This document shows, in pieces, positions 26,049 through 41,799 of a DNA stretch of 64,000 nucleotides. The notes beneath the pieces are model-generated. The model was not told the DNA's origin. It did no database searches and worked only from the letters and a program-made list of their open reading frames with translations. Every line of letters starts with the position of its first letter. Position 1 is the first letter of the stretch. Source of the DNA: Auanema rhodensis (taxonomy: Eukaryota; Animalia; Nematoda); NCBI GenBank assembly GCA_964057225.1, contig OZ059896.1, forward strand, positions 5,022,001-5,086,000, read 5' to 3'. The translations under genes were made by a program, and so were the position numbers.

Positions 26049-29000
26049 ACGTAAATTTCAAAGTCATGGTTACCATGAACCAATATCAATAAAAATTTGT
26101 TTTTAGACTAATTTGGACATGGGGATTCTAATTTTGAAAACCGCATCTCTTTATCTTTCACGTGAAGCGAGTTACATACCTAGTGCACATCACGTGTACA
26201 TTTAATTAGCATAAATTAAAGTTCACGTAAATTTCAAAGTCATGGTTACCATGAACCAATATCAATAAAAATTTGTTTTTAAACTAATATGGACATGGGG
26301 AATCTAATTTTTAAAACCGCATTTCTTTATCTTTCAAGTGAAGTGAGTTACATACCAAGTGCACATCACGTGTACATTTAATTAGCATAAATTAAAGTTC
26401 ACGTAAATTTCAAAGTCATGGTTACCATGAACCAATATCAATAAAAATTTGTTTTCAAACTAATATGGACATGGGGATTCTAATTTTGAAAACCGCATCT
26501 CTTTATCTTTCACGTGAAGCGAGTTACATACCTAGTGCACATCACGTGTACATTTAATTAGCATAAATTAAAGTTCACGTAAATTTCAAAGTCATGGTTA
26601 CCATGAACCAATATCAATAAAAATTTGTTTTTAGACTAATTTGGACATGGGGAATCTAATTTTGAAAACCGCATCTCTTTATCTTTCAAGTGAAGCGAGT
26701 TACATACCAAGTGCACATCACGTGTACATTTAATTAGCATAAATTAAAGTTCACGTAAATTTCAAAGTCATAGTTACCATGAACCAATATCAATAAAAAT
26801 TTGTTTTTAAACTAATATGGACATGGGAAATCTAATTTTGAAAACCGCATCTCTTTATCTTTCACGTGAAGCGAGTTACATACCTAGTGCACATCACGTG
26901 TACATTTAATTAGCATAAGTTAAAGTTCACGTAAATTTCAAAGTCATGGTTACCATGAACCAATATCAATAAAAATTTGTTTTTAGACTAATATGGACAT
27001 GGGGAATCTAATTTTGAAAACCGCATCTCTTTATCTTTCACGTGAAGCGAGTTACATATAAAGTGCACATCACGTGTACATTTAATTAGCATAAATTAAA
27101 GTTCACGTAAATTTCAAAGTCATGGTTACCATGAACCAATATCAATAAAAATTTGTTTTTAAACTAATATGGACATGGGGATTCTAATTTTGAAAACCGC
27201 ATCTCTTTATCTTTCACGTGAAGCGAGTTACATACCTAGTGCACATCACGTGTACATTTAATTAGCATAAATTAAAGTTCACGTAAATTTCAAAGTCATG
27301 GTTACCATGAACCAATATCGATAAAAATTTGTTTTTAAACTAATATGGACATGGGGAATCTAATTTTTAAAACCGCATTTCTTTATCTTTCAAGTGAAGC
27401 GAGTTACATACCAAGTGCACATCACGTGTACATTTAATTAGCATAAATTAAAGTTCACGTAAATTTCAAAGTCATGGTTACCATGAACCAATATCAATAA
27501 AAATTTGTTTTCAAACTAATATGGACATGGGGATTCTAATTTTGAAAACCGCATCTCTTTATCTTTCACGTGAAGCGAGTTACATACCTAGTGCACATCA
27601 CGTGTACATTTAATTAGCATAAATTAAAGTTCACGTAAATTTCAAAGTCATGGTTACCATGAACCAATATCAATAAAAATTTGTTTTTAGACTAATTTGG
27701 ACATGGGGAATCTAATTTTGAAAACCGCATCTCTTTATCTTTCAAGTGAAGCGAGTTACATACCAAGTGCACATCACGTGTACATTTAATTAGCATAAAT
27801 TAAAGTTCACGTAAATTTCAAAGTCATGGTTACCATGAACCAATATCAATAAAAATTTGTTTTCAAACTAATATGGACATGGGGATTCTAATTTTGAAAA
27901 CCGCATCTCTTTATCTTTCACGTGAAGCGAGTTACATACCTAGTGCACATCACGTGTACATTTAATTAGCATAAATTAAAGTTCACGTAAATTTCAAAGT
28001 CATGGTTACCATGAACCAATATCAATAAAAATTTGTTTTTAGACTAATTTGGACATGGGGATTCTAATTTTGAAAACCGCATCTCTTTATCTTTCACGTG
28101 AAGCGAGTTACATACCTAGTGCACATCACGTGTACATTTAATTAGCATAAATTAAAGTTCACGTAAATTTCAAAGTCATGGTTACCATGAACCAATATCA
28201 ATAAAAATTTGTTTTTAAACTAATATGGACATGGGGAATCTAATTTTTAAAACCGCATTTCTTTATCTTTCAAGTGAAGTGAGTTACATACCAAGTGCAC
28301 ATCACGTGTACATTTAATTAGCATAAATTAAAGTTCACGTAAATTTCAAAGTCATGGTTACCATGAACCAATATCAATAAAAATTTGTTTTCAAACTAAT
28401 ATGGACATGGGGATTCTAATTTTGAAAACCGCATCTCTTTATCTTTCACGTGAAGCGAGTTACATACCTAGTGCACATCACGTGTACATTTAATTAGCAT
28501 AAATTAAAGTTCACGTAAATTTCAAAGTCATGGTTACCATGAACCAATATCAATAAAAATTTGTTTTTAGACTAATTTGGACATGGGGAATCTAATTTTG
28601 AAAACCGCATCTCTTTATCTTTCAAGTGAAGCGAGTTACATACCAAGTGCACATCACGTGTACATTTAATTAGCATAAATTAAAGTTCACGTAAATTTCA
28701 AAGTCATAGTTACCATGAACCAATATCAATAAAAATTTGTTTCTAAACTAATATGGACATGGGAAATCTAATTTTGAAAACCGCATCTCTTTATCTTTCA
28801 CGTGAAGCGAGTTACATACCTAGTGCACATCACGTGTACATTTAATTAGCATAAGTTAAAGTTCACGTAAATTTCAAAGTCATGGTTACCATGAACCAAT
28901 ATCAATAAAAATTTGTTTTTAGACTAATATGGACATGGGGAATCTAATTTTGAAAACCGCATCTCTTTATCTTTCACGTGAAGCGAGTTACATATAAAGT

Positions 29001-31856
29001 GCACATCACGTGTACATTTAATTAGCATAAATTAAAGTTCACGTAAATTTCAAAGTCATGGTTACCATGAACCAATATCAATAAAAATTTGTTTTTAAAC
29101 TAATATGGACATGGGGATTCTAATTTTGAAAACCGCATCTCTTTATCTTTAACGTGAAGCGAGTTACATACCTAGTGCACATCACGTGTACATTTAATTA
29201 GCATAAATTAAAGTTCACGTAAATTTCAAAGTCATGGTTACCATGAACCAATATCAATAAAAATTTGTTTTTAGACTAATTTGGACATGGGGATTCTAAT
29301 TTTGAAAACCGCATCTCTTTATCTTTCACGTGAAGCGAGTTACATACCTAGTGCACATCACGTGTACATTTAATTAGCATAAATTAAAGTTCACGTAAAT
29401 TTCAAAGTCATGGTTACCATGAACCAATATCAATAAAAATTTGTTTTTAAACTAATATGGACATGGGGAATCTAATTTTGAAAACCGCATCTCTTTATCT
29501 TTCACGTGAAGCGAGTTACATACCTAGTGCACATCACGTGTACATTTAATTAGCATAAATTAAAGTTCACTTAAATTTCAAAGTCATGGTTACCATGCAC
29601 CAATATCAATAAAAATTTGTTTTTAGACTAATATGGACATGGGGAATCTAATTTTGAAAACCGCATCTCTTTATCTTTCACGTGAAGCGAGTTACATACC
29701 AAGTGCACATCACGTGTACATTTAATTAGCATAAATTAAAGTTCACGTAAATTTCAAAGTCATGGTTACCATGAACCAATATCAATAAAAATTTGTTTTT
29801 AAACTAATATGGACATGGGGAATCTAATTTTGAAAACCGCATCTCTTTATCTTTCAAGTGAAGCGAGTTACATACCAAGTGCACATCACGTGTACATTTA
29901 ATTAGCATAAATTAAAGTTCACGTAAATTTCAAAGTCATGGTTACCATGAACCAATATCAATAAAAATTTGTTTTTAGACTAATTTGGACATGGGGATTC
30001 TAATTTTGAAAACCGCATCTCTTTATCTTTCACGTGAAGCGAGTTACATACCTAGTGCACATCACGTGTACATTTAATTAGCATAAATTAAAGTTCACGT
30101 AAATTTCAAAGTCATGGTTACCATGAACCAATATCAATAAAAATTTGTTTTTAGACTAAATTGGACATGGGGAATCTAATTTTGAAAACCGCATCTCTTT
30201 ATCTTTCAAGTGAAGCGAGTTACATACCAAGTGCACATCACGTGTACATTTAATTAGCATAAATTAAAGTTCACGTAAATTTCAAAGTCATGGTTACCAT
30301 GAACCAATATCAATAAAAATTTGTTTTTAAACTAATATGGACATGGGGAATCTAATTTTGAAAACCGCATCTCTTTATCTTTCACGTGAAGCGAGTTACA
30401 TACCTAGTGCACATCACGTGTACATTTAATTAGCATAAGTTGAAGTTCACGTAAATTTCAAAGTCATGGTTACCATGAACCAATATCAATGAAAATTTGT
30501 TTTTAGACTAATATGGACATGGGGAATCTAATTTTGAAAACCGCATCTCTTTATCTTTCACGTGAAGCGAGTTACATATAAAGTGCACATCACGTGTACA
30601 TTTAATTAGCATAAATTAAAGTTCACGTAAATTTCAAAGTCATGGTTACCATGAACCAATATCAATAAAAATTTGTTTTCAAACTAATATGGACATGGGG
30701 AATCTAATTTTGAAAACCGCTTCTCTTTATCTTTCAAGTGAAGCGAGTTACATACCAAGTGCACATCACGTGTACATTTAATTAGCATAAATTAAAGTTC
30801 ACGTAAATTTCAAAGTCATGGTTACCATGAACCAATATCAATAAAAATTTGTTTTTAGACTAATTTGGACATGGGGAATCTAATTTTGAAAACCGCATCT
30901 CTTTATCTTTCAAGTGAAGCGAGTTACATACCAAGTGCACATCACGTGTACATTTAATTAGCATAAATTAAAGTTCACGTAAATTTCAAAGTCATGGTTA
31001 CCATGAACCAATATCAATAAAAATTCGTTTTTAAACTAATATGGACATGGGGAATCTGATTTTGAAAACCGCATCTCTTTATCTTTCACGTGAAGCGAGT
31101 TACATACCTAGTGCACATCACGTGTACATTTAATTAGCATAAGTTGAAGTTCACGTAAATTTCAAAGTCATGGTTACCATGAATCAATATCAATGAAAAT
31201 TTGTTTTTAGACTAATATGGACATGGGGAATCTAATTTTGAAAACCGCATCTCTTTATCTTTCACGTGAAGCGAGTTACATATAAAGTGCACATCACGTG
31301 TACATTTAATTAGCATAAATTAAAGTTCACGTAAATTTCAAAGTCATGGTTACCATGAACCAATATCAATAAAAATTTGTTTTTAAACTAATATGGACAT
31401 GGGGAATCTAATTTTGAAAACCGCATCTCTTTATCTTTCAAGTGAAGCGAGTTACATACCTAGTGCACATCACGTGTACATTTAATTAGCATAAATTAAA
31501 GTTCACGTAAATTTCAAAGTCATGGTTACCATGAACCAATATCAATAAAAATTTGTTTTTAGACTAATTTGGACATGGGGATTCTAATTTTGAAAACCGC
31601 ATCTCTTTATCTTTCACGTGAAGCGAGTTACATACCTAGTGCACATCACGTGTACATTTAATTAGCATAAATTAAAGTTCACGTAAATTTCAAAGTCATG
31701 GTTACCATTAACCAATATCAATAAAAATTAGTTTTTAGACTAATTTGGACATGGGGATTCTAATTTTGAAAACCGCATCTCTTTATCTTTCACGTGAAGC
31801 GAGTTACATACCTAGTGCACATCACGTGTACACTTAATTAGCATAAATTAAAGTTC
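26049..31856 (+). repeat. Mosaic of non-adjacent copies of earlier blocks
   Basis: M149-158 resemble M85-94 (C120T at 15080 and 26344, offset 64 monomers). M160-180 resemble M113-133 (C111A at 20879 and 29151, offset 47). G29T+T50A monomer at 25549 and 31709 (offset 35). Confidence 0.82.
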
Positions 31857-33440
31857 ACGTTAATTTCAAAGTCATGGTTACCATGAACCAATATCAATAA
31901 AAATTTGTTTTTAGACTAATATGGACATGGGGAATCTAATTTTGAAAACCGCATCTCTTTATCTTTCACGTGAAGCGAGTTACATATAAAGTGCACATCA
32001 CGTGTACATTTAATTAGCATAAATTAAAGTTCACGTAAATTTCAAAGTCATGGTTACCATGCACCAATATTAATAAAAATTTGTTTTTAGACTAATATGG
32101 ACATGGGGAATCTAATTTTGAAAACCGCATCTCTTTATCTTTCACGTGAAGCGAGTTACATACCAAGTGCACATCACGTGTACACTAAATTAGCATAAAT
32201 TAAAGTTCACGTTAATTTCAAAGTCATGGTTACCATGCACCAATATCAATAAAAATTTGTTTTTAGACTAATTTGGACATGGGGAATCTAATTTTGAAAA
32301 CCGCATCTCTTTATCTTTCACGTGAGGCGAGTTACATACCAAGTGCACATCACGTGTACATTTAATTAGCATAAATTAAAGTTCACGTAAATTTCAAAGT
32401 CATGGTTACCATGAACCAATATCAATAAAAATTTGTTTTTAGACTAATATGGACATGGGGAATCTAATTTTGAAAACCGCATCTCTTTATCTTTCAAGTG
32501 AAGCGAGTTACATACCAAGTGCACATCACGTGTACATTTAATTAGCATAAATTAAAGTTCACGTAAATTTCAAATTCATGGTTACCATGAACCAATATCA
32601 ATAAAAATTTGTTTTTAAACTAATATGGACATGGGGATTCTAATTTTGAAAACCGCATCTCTTTATCTTTCACGTGAAGCGAGTTACATACCTAGTGCAC
32701 ATCACGTGTACATTTAATTAGCATAAATTAAAGTTCACGTAAATTTCAAAGTCATGGTTACCATGAACCAATATCAATAAAAATTTGTTTTTAGACTAAT
32801 TTGGACATGGGGAATCTAATTTTGAAAACCGCATCTCTTTATCTTTCAAGTGAAGCGAGTTACATACCAAGTGCACATCACGTGTACATTTAATTAGCAT
32901 AAATTAAAGTTCACGTAAATTTCAAATTCATGGTTACCATGAACCAATATCAATAAAAATTTGTTTTTAAACTAATATGGACATGGGGAATCTAATTTTG
33001 AAAACCGCATCTCTTTATCTTTCACGTGAAGCGAGTTACATACCAAGTGCACATCACGTGTACATTTAATTAGCATAAATTAAAGTTCACGTAAATTTCA
33101 AAGTCATGGTTACCATGAACCAATATCAATAAAAATTTGTTTTTAGACTAATATGGACATGGGGAATCTAATTTTGAAAACCGCATCTCTTTATCTTTCA
33201 CGTGAAGCGAGTTACATACCAAGTGCACATCACGTGTACACTAAATTAGCATAAATTAAAGTTCACGTTAATTTCAAAGTCATGGTTACCATGCACCAAT
33301 ATCAATAAAAATTTGTTTTTAGACTAATTTGGACATGGGGAATCTAATTTTGAAAACCGCATCTCTTTATCTTTCAAGTGAAGCGAGTTACATACCAAGT
33401 GCACATCACGTGTACATTTAATTAGCATAAATTAAAGTTC

Positions 33441-35376
33441 ACGTAAATTTCAAATTCATGGTTACCATGAACCAATATCAATAAAAATTTGTTTTTAAAC
33501 TAATATGGACATGGGGATTCTAATTTTGAAAACCGCATCTCTTTATCTTTCACGTGAAGCGAGTTACATACCTAGTGCACATCACGTGTACATTTAATTA
33601 GCATAAATTAAAGTTCACGTAAATTTCAAAGTCATGGTTACCATGAACCAATATCAATAAAAATTTGTTTTTAGACTAATATGGACATGGGGAATCTAAT
33701 TTTGAAAACCGCATCTCTTTATCTTTCAAGTGAAGCGAGTTACATACCAAGTGCACATCACGTGTACATTTAATTAGCATAAATTAAAGTTCACGTAAAA
33801 TTCAAAGTCATGGTTACCATGAACCAATATCAATAAAAATTTGTTTTTAAACTAATATGGACATGGGGAATCTAATTTTGAAAACCGCATCTCTTTATCT
33901 TTCACGTGAAGCGAGTTACATACCTAGTGCACATCACGTGTACATTTAATTAGCATAAATTAAAGTTCACGTAAATTTCAAAGTCATGGTTACCATGAAC
34001 CAATATCAATAACAATTTGTTTTTAGACTAATTTGGACATGGGGAATCTAATTTTGAAAACCGCATCTCTTTATCTTTCAAGTGAAGCGAGTTACATACC
34101 AAGTGCACATCACGTGTACATTTAATTAGCATAAATTAAAGTTCACGTAAATTTCAAAGTCATGGTTACCATGAACCAATATCAATAAAAATTTGTTTTC
34201 AAACTAATATGGACATGGGGAATCTAATTTTGAAAACCGCATCTCTTTATCTTTCAAGTGAAGCGAGTTACATACCAAGTGCACATCACGTGTACATTTA
34301 ATTAGCATAAATTAAAGTTCACGTAAATTTCAAAGTCATGGTTACCATGAACCAATATCAATAAAAATTTGTTTTTAGACTAATATGGACATGGGGAATC
34401 TAATTTTGAAAACCGCATCTCTTTATCTTTCACGTGAAGCGAGTTACATACCAAGTGCACATCACGTGTACATTTAATTAGCATAAATTAAAGTTCACGT
34501 AAATTTCAAAGTCATGGTTACCATGAACCAATATCAATAAAAATTTGTTTTTAAACTAATATGGACATGGGGATTCTAATTTTGAAAACCGCATCTCTTT
34601 ATCTTTCACGTGAAGCGAGTTACATACCTAGTGCACATCACGTGTACATTTAATTAGCATAAATTAAAGTTCACGTAAATTTCAAAGTCATGGTTACCAT
34701 GAACCAATATCAATAAAAATTTGTTTTTAGACTAATATGGACATGGGGAATCTAATTTTGAAAACCGCATCTCTTTATCTTTCAAGTGAAGCGAGTTACA
34801 TACCAAGTGCACATCACGTGTACATTTAATTAGCATAAATTAAAGTTCACGTAAAATTCAAAGTCATGGTTACCATGAACCAATATCAATAAAAATTTGT
34901 TTTTAAACTAATATGGACATGGGGAATCTAATTTTGAAAACCGCATCTCTTTATCTTTCACGTGAAGCGAGTTACATACCTAGTGCACATCACGTGTACA
35001 TTTAATTAGCATAAATTAAAGTTCACGTAAATTTCAAAGTCATGGTTACCATGAACCAATATCAATAACAATTTGTTTTTAGACTAATTTGGACATGGGG
35101 AATCTAATTTTGAAAACCGCATCTCTTTATCTTTCAAGTGAAGCGAGTTACATACCAAGTGCACATCACGTGTACATTTAATTAGCATAAATTAAAGTCC
35201 ACGTAAATTTCAAAGTCATGGTTACCATGAACCAATATCAATAAAAATTTGTTTTCGAACTAATATGGACATGGGGAATCTAATTTTGAAAACCGCATCT
35301 CTTTATCTTTCAAGTGAAGCGAGTTACATACCAAGTGCACATCACGTGTACATTTAATTAGCATAAATTAAAGTTC
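33441..35376 (+). repeat. Tandem duplication, period 6 monomers (1056 bp)
   Basis: T8A at 33800 and 34856; A45C at 34013 and 35069. Confidence 0.83.
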
Positions 35377-35904
35377 ACGTAAATTTCAAAGTCATGGTTA
35401 CCATGAACCAATATCAATAAAAATTTGTTTTTAGACTAATTTGGACATGGGGATTCTAATTTTGAAAACCGCATCTCTTTATCTTTCACGTGAAGCGAGT
35501 TACATACCTAGTGCACATCACGTGTACATTTAATTAGCATAAATTAAAGTTCACGTAAATTTCAAAGTCATGGTTACCATGAACCAATATCAATAAAAAT
35601 TTGTTTTTAGACTAATTTGGACATGGGGATTCTAATTTTGAAAACCGCATCTCTTTATCTTTCACGTGAAGCGAGTTACATACCTAGTGCACATCACGTG
35701 TACATTTAATTAGCATAAATTAAAGTTCACGTAAATTTCAAAGTCATGGTTACCATGAACCAATATCAATAAAAATTTGTTTTTAGACTAATTTGGACAT
35801 GGGGATTCTAATTTTGAAAACCGCATCTCTTTATCTTTCACGTGAAGCGAGTTACATACCTAGTGCACATCACGTGTACATTTAATTAGCATAAATTAAA
35901 GTTC

Positions 35905-38900
35905 ACGTAAATTTCAAAGTCATGGTTACCATGAACCAATATCAATAAAAATTTGTTTTTAGACTAATTTGGACATGGGGATTCTAAGTTTGAAAACCGC
36001 ATCTCTTTATCTTTCACGTGAAGCGAGTTACATACCTAGTGCACATCACGTGTACATTTAATTAGCATAAATTGAAGTTCACGTAAATTTCAAAGTCATG
36101 GTTACCATGAACCAATATCAATAAAAATTTGTTTTTAAACTAATATGGACATGGGGAATCTAATTTTGAAAACCGCATCTCTTTATCTTTCACGTGAAGC
36201 GAGTTACATACCTAGTGCACATCACGTGTACATTTAATTAGAGTAAATTAAAGTTCACGTAAATTTCAAAGTCATGGTTACCATGCACCAATATCAATAA
36301 AAGTTTGTTTTTAGACTAATATGGACATGGGGAATCTAATTTTGAGAACCGCATCTCTTTATCTTTCACGTGAAGCGAGTTACATACCTAGTGCACATCA
36401 CGTGTACATTTAATTAGCATAAATTAAAGTTCACGTAAATTTCAAAGTCATGGTTACCATGAACCAATATCAATAAAAATTTGTTTTTAAACTAATATGG
36501 ACATGGGGAATCTAATTTTGAAAACCGCATCTCTTTATCTTTCACGTGAAGCGAGTTACATACCTAGTGCACATCACGTGTACATTTAATTAGCATAAGT
36601 TGAAGTTCACGTAAATTTCAAAGTCATGGTTACCATGAACCAATATCAATGAAAATTTGTTTTTAGACTAATATGGACATGGGGAATCTAATTTTGAAAA
36701 CCGCATCTCTTTATCTTTCACGTGAAGCGAGTTACATATAAAGTGCACATCACGTGTACATTTAATTAGCATAAATTAAAGTTCACGTAAATTTCAAAGT
36801 CATGGTTACCATGCACCAATATTAATAAAAATTTGTTTTTAGACTAATATGGACATGGGGAATCTAATTTTGAAAACCGCATCTCTTTATCTTTCAAGTG
36901 AAGCGAGTTACATACCAAGTGCACATCACGTGTACACTTAATTAGCATAAATTAAAGTTCACGTAAATTTCAAAGTCATGGTTACCATGCACCAATATCA
37001 ATGAAAATTTGTTCTTAGACTAATATGGACATGGGGAATCTAATTTTGAAAACCGCATCTCTTTATCTTTCAAGTGAAGCGAGTTACATACCAAGTGCAC
37101 ATCACGTGTACATTTAATTAGCATAAATTAAAGTTCACGTAAATTTCAAAGTCATGGTTACCATGCACCAATATTAATAAAAATTTGTTTTTAGACTAAT
37201 ATGGACATGGGGATTCTAATTTTGAAAACCGCATCTCTTTATCTTTCACGTGAAGCGAGTTACATACCAAGTGCACATCACGTGTACACTTAATTAGCAT
37301 AAATTAAAGTTCACGTAAATTTCAAAGTCATGGTTACCATGAACCAATATCAATAAAAATTTGTTTTGAAACTAATATGGACATGGGGAATCTAATTTTG
37401 AAAACCGCATCTCTTTATCTTTCACGTGAAGCGAGTTACATACCAAGTGCACATCACGTGTACATTTAATTAGCATAAATTAAAGTTCACTTAAATTTCA
37501 AAGTCATAGTTACCATGAACCAATATCAATAAAAATTTGTTTTTAAACTAATATGGACATGGGGAATCTAATTTTGAAAACCGCATCTCTTTATCTTTCA
37601 CGTGAAGCGAGTTACATACCTAGTGCACATCACGTGTACATTTAATTAGCATAAATTAAAGTTCACGTAAATTTCAAAGTCATGGTTACCATGAACCAAT
37701 ATCAATAACAATTTGTTTTTAGACTAATTTGGACATGGGGAATCTAATTTTGAAAACCGCATCTCTTTATCTTTCAAGTGAAGCGAGTTACATACCAAGT
37801 GCACATCACGTGTACATTTAATTAGCATAAATTAAAGTTCACGTAAATTTCAAAGTCATGGTTACCATGAACCAATATCAATAAAAATTTGTTTTCAAAC
37901 TAATATGGACATGGGGAATCTAATTTTGAAAACCGCATCTCTTTATCTTTCAAGTGAAGCGAGTTACATACCAAGTGCACATCACGTGTACATTTAATTA
38001 GCATAAATTAAAGTTCACGTAAATTTCAAAGTCATGGTTACCATGAACCAATATCAATAAAAATTTGTTTTTAGACTAATTTGGACATGGGGATTCTAAG
38101 TTTGAAAACCGCATCTCTTTATCTTTCACGTGAAGCGAGTTACATACCTAGTGCACATCACGTGTACATTTAATTAGCATAAATTGAAGTTCACGTAAAT
38201 TTCAAAGTCATGGTTACCATGAACCAATATCAATAAAAATTTGTTTTTAAACTAATATGGACATGGGGAATCTAATTTTGAAAACCGCATCTCTTTATCT
38301 TTCACGTGAAGCGAGTTACATACCTAGTGCACATCACGTGTACATTTAATTAGCATAAATTAAAGTTCACGTAAATTTCAAAGTCATGGTTACCATGCAC
38401 CAATATCAATAAAAGTTTGTTTTTAGACTAATATGGACATGGGGAATCTAATTTTGAGAACCGCATCTCTTTATCTTTCACGTGAAGCGAGTTACATACC
38501 TAGTGCACATCACGTGTACATTTAATTAGCATAAATTAAAGTTCACGTAAATTTCAAAGTCATGGTTACCATGAACCAATATCAATAAAAATTTGTTTTT
38601 AAACTAATATGGACATGGGGAATCTAATTTTGAAAACCGCATCTCTTTATCTTTCACGTGAAGCGAGTTACATACCTAGTGCACATCACGTGTACATTTA
38701 ATTAGCATAAGTTGAAGTTCACGTAAATTTCAAAGTCATGGTTACCATGAACCAATATCAATGAAAATTTGTTTTTAGACTAATATGGACATGGGGAATC
38801 TAATTTTGAAAACCGCATCTCTTTATCTTTCACGTGAAGCGAGTTACATATAAAGTGCACATCACGTGTACATTTAATTAGCATAAATTAAAGTTCACGT

Positions 38901-41600
38901 AAATTTCAAAGTCATGGTTACCATGCACCAATATTAATAAAAATTTGTTTTTAGACTAATATGGACATGGGGAATCTAATTTTGAAAACCGCATCTCTTT
39001 ATCTTTCAAGTGAAGCGAGTTACATACCAAGTGCACATCACGTGTACACTTAATTAGCATAAATTAAAGTTCACGTAAATTTCAAAGTCATGGTTACCAT
39101 GCACCAATATCAATGAAAATTTGTTCTTAGACTAATATGGACATGGGGAATCTAATTTTGAAAACCGCATCTCTTTATCTTTCAAGTGAAGCGAGTTACA
39201 TACCAAGTGCACATCACGTGTACATTTAATTAGCATAAATTAAAGTTCACGTAAATTTCAAAGTCATGGTTACCATGCACCAATATTAATAAAAATTTGT
39301 TTTTAGACTAATATGGACATGGGGATTCTAATTTTGAAAACCGCATCTCTTTATCTTTCACGTGAAGCGAGTTACATACCAAGTGCACATCACGTGTACA
39401 CTTAATTAGCATAAATTAAAGTTCACGTAAATTTCAAAGTCATGGTTACCATGAACCAATATCAATAAAAATTTGTTTTGAAACTAATATGGACATGGGG
39501 AATCTAATTTTGAAAACCGCATCTCTTTATCTTTCACGTGAAGCGAGTTACATACCAAGTGCACATCACGTGTACATTTAATTAGCATAAATTAAAGTTC
39601 ACTTAAATTTCAAAGTCATAGTTACCATGAACCAATATCAATAAAAATTTGTTTTTAAACTAATATGGACATGGGGAATCTAATTTTGAAAACCGCATCT
39701 CTTTATCTTTCACGTGAAGCGAGTTACATACCTAGTGCACATCACGTGTACATTTAATTAGCATAAATTAAAGTTCACGTAAATTTCAAAGTCATGGTTA
39801 CCATGAACCAATATCAATAACAATTTGTTTTTAGACTAATTTGGACATGGGGAATCTAATTTTGAAAACCGCATCTCTTTATCTTTCAAGTGAAGCGAGT
39901 TACATACCAAGTGCACATCACGTGTACATTTAATTAGCATAAATTAAAGTTCACGTAAATTTCAAAGTCATGGTTACCATGAACCAATATCAATAAAAAT
40001 TTGTTTTCAAACTAATATGGACATGGGGAATCTAATTTTGAAAACCGCATCTCTTTATCTTTCAAGTGAAGCGAGTTACATACCAAGTGCACATCACGTG
40101 TACATTTAATTAGCATAAATTAAAGTTCACGTAAATTTCAAAGTCATGGTTACCATGAACCAATATCAATAAAAATTTGTTTTTAGACTAATTTGGACAT
40201 GGGGATTCTAATTTTGAAAACCGCATCTCTTTATCTTTCACGTGAAGCGAGTTACATACCTAGTGCACATCACGTGTACATTTAATTAGCATAAATTAAA
40301 GTTCACGTAAATTTCAAAGTCATGGTTACCATGAACCAATATCAATAAAAATTTGTTTTTAGACTAATTTGGACATGGGGATTCTAAGTTTGAAAACCGC
40401 ATCTCTTTATCTTTCACGTGAAGCGAGTTACATACCTAGTGCACATCACGTGTACATTTAATTAGCATAAATTGAAGTTCACGTAAATTTCAAAGTCATG
40501 GTTACCATGAACCAATATCAATAAAAATTTGTTTTTAAACTAATATGGACATGGGGAATCTAATTTTGAAAACCGCATCTCTTTATCTTTCACGTGAAGC
40601 GAGTTACATACCTAGTGCACATCACGTGTACATTTAATTAGCATAAATTAAAGTTCACGTAAATTTCAAAGTCATGGTTACCATGCACCAATATCAATAA
40701 AAGTTTGTTTTTAGACTAATATGGACATGGGGAATCTAATTTTGAGAACCGCATCTCTTTATCTTTCACGTGAAGCGAGTTACATATAAAGTGCACATCA
40801 CGTGTACATTTAATTAGCATAAATTAAAGTTCACGTAAATTTCAAAGTCATGGTTACCATGAACCAATATCAATAAAAATTTGTTTTTAGACTAATATGG
40901 ACATGGGGAATCTAATTTTGAAAACCGCATCTCTTTATCTTTCACGTGAAGCGAGTTACATACCTAGTGCACATCACGTGTACATTTAATTAGCATAAAT
41001 TAAAGTTCACGTAAATTTCAAAGTCATGGTTACCATGAACCAATATCAATAAAAATTTGTTTTTAAACTAATATGGACATGGGGAATCTAATTTTGAAAA
41101 CCGCATCTCTTTATCTTTCACGTGAAGCGAGTTACATACCTAGTGCACATCACGTGTACATTTAATTAGCATAAGTTGAAGTTCACGTAAATTTCAAAGT
41201 CATGGTTACCATGAACCAATATCAATGAAAATTTGTTTTTAGACTAATATGGACATGGGGAATCTAATTTTGAAAACCGCATCTCTTTATCTTTCACGTG
41301 AAGCGAGTTACATATAAAGTGCACATCACGTGTACATTTAATTAGCATAAATTAAAGTTCACGTAAATTTCAAAGTCATGGTTACCATGCACCAATATTA
41401 ATAAAAATTTGTTTTTAGACTAATATGGACATGGGGAATCTAATTTTGAAAACCGCATCTCTTTATCTTTCAAGTGAAGCGAGTTACATACCAAGTGCAC
41501 ATCACGTGTACACTTAATTAGCATAAATTAAAGTTCACGTAAATTTCAAAGTCATGGTTACCATGCACCAATATCAATGAAAATTTGTTTTTGGACTAAT
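35905..41600 (+). repeat. About 2.5 tandem copies of a 12-13-monomer unit
   Basis: T84G at 35988, 38100 (+2112) and 40388 (+2288); T54C at 37014 and 39126; T56G at 37368 and 39480; A45C at 37709 and 39821. Confidence 0.88.
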
Positions 41601-41799
41601 ATGGACATGGGGAATCTAATTTTGAAAACCGCATCTCTTTATCTTTCAAGTGAAGCGAGTTACATACCAAGTGCACATCACGTGTACATTTAATTAGCAT
41701 AAATTAAAGTTCACGTAAATTTCAAAGTCATGGTTACCATGCACCAATATTAATAAAAATTTGTTTTTAGACTAATATGGACATGGGGAATCTAATTTT

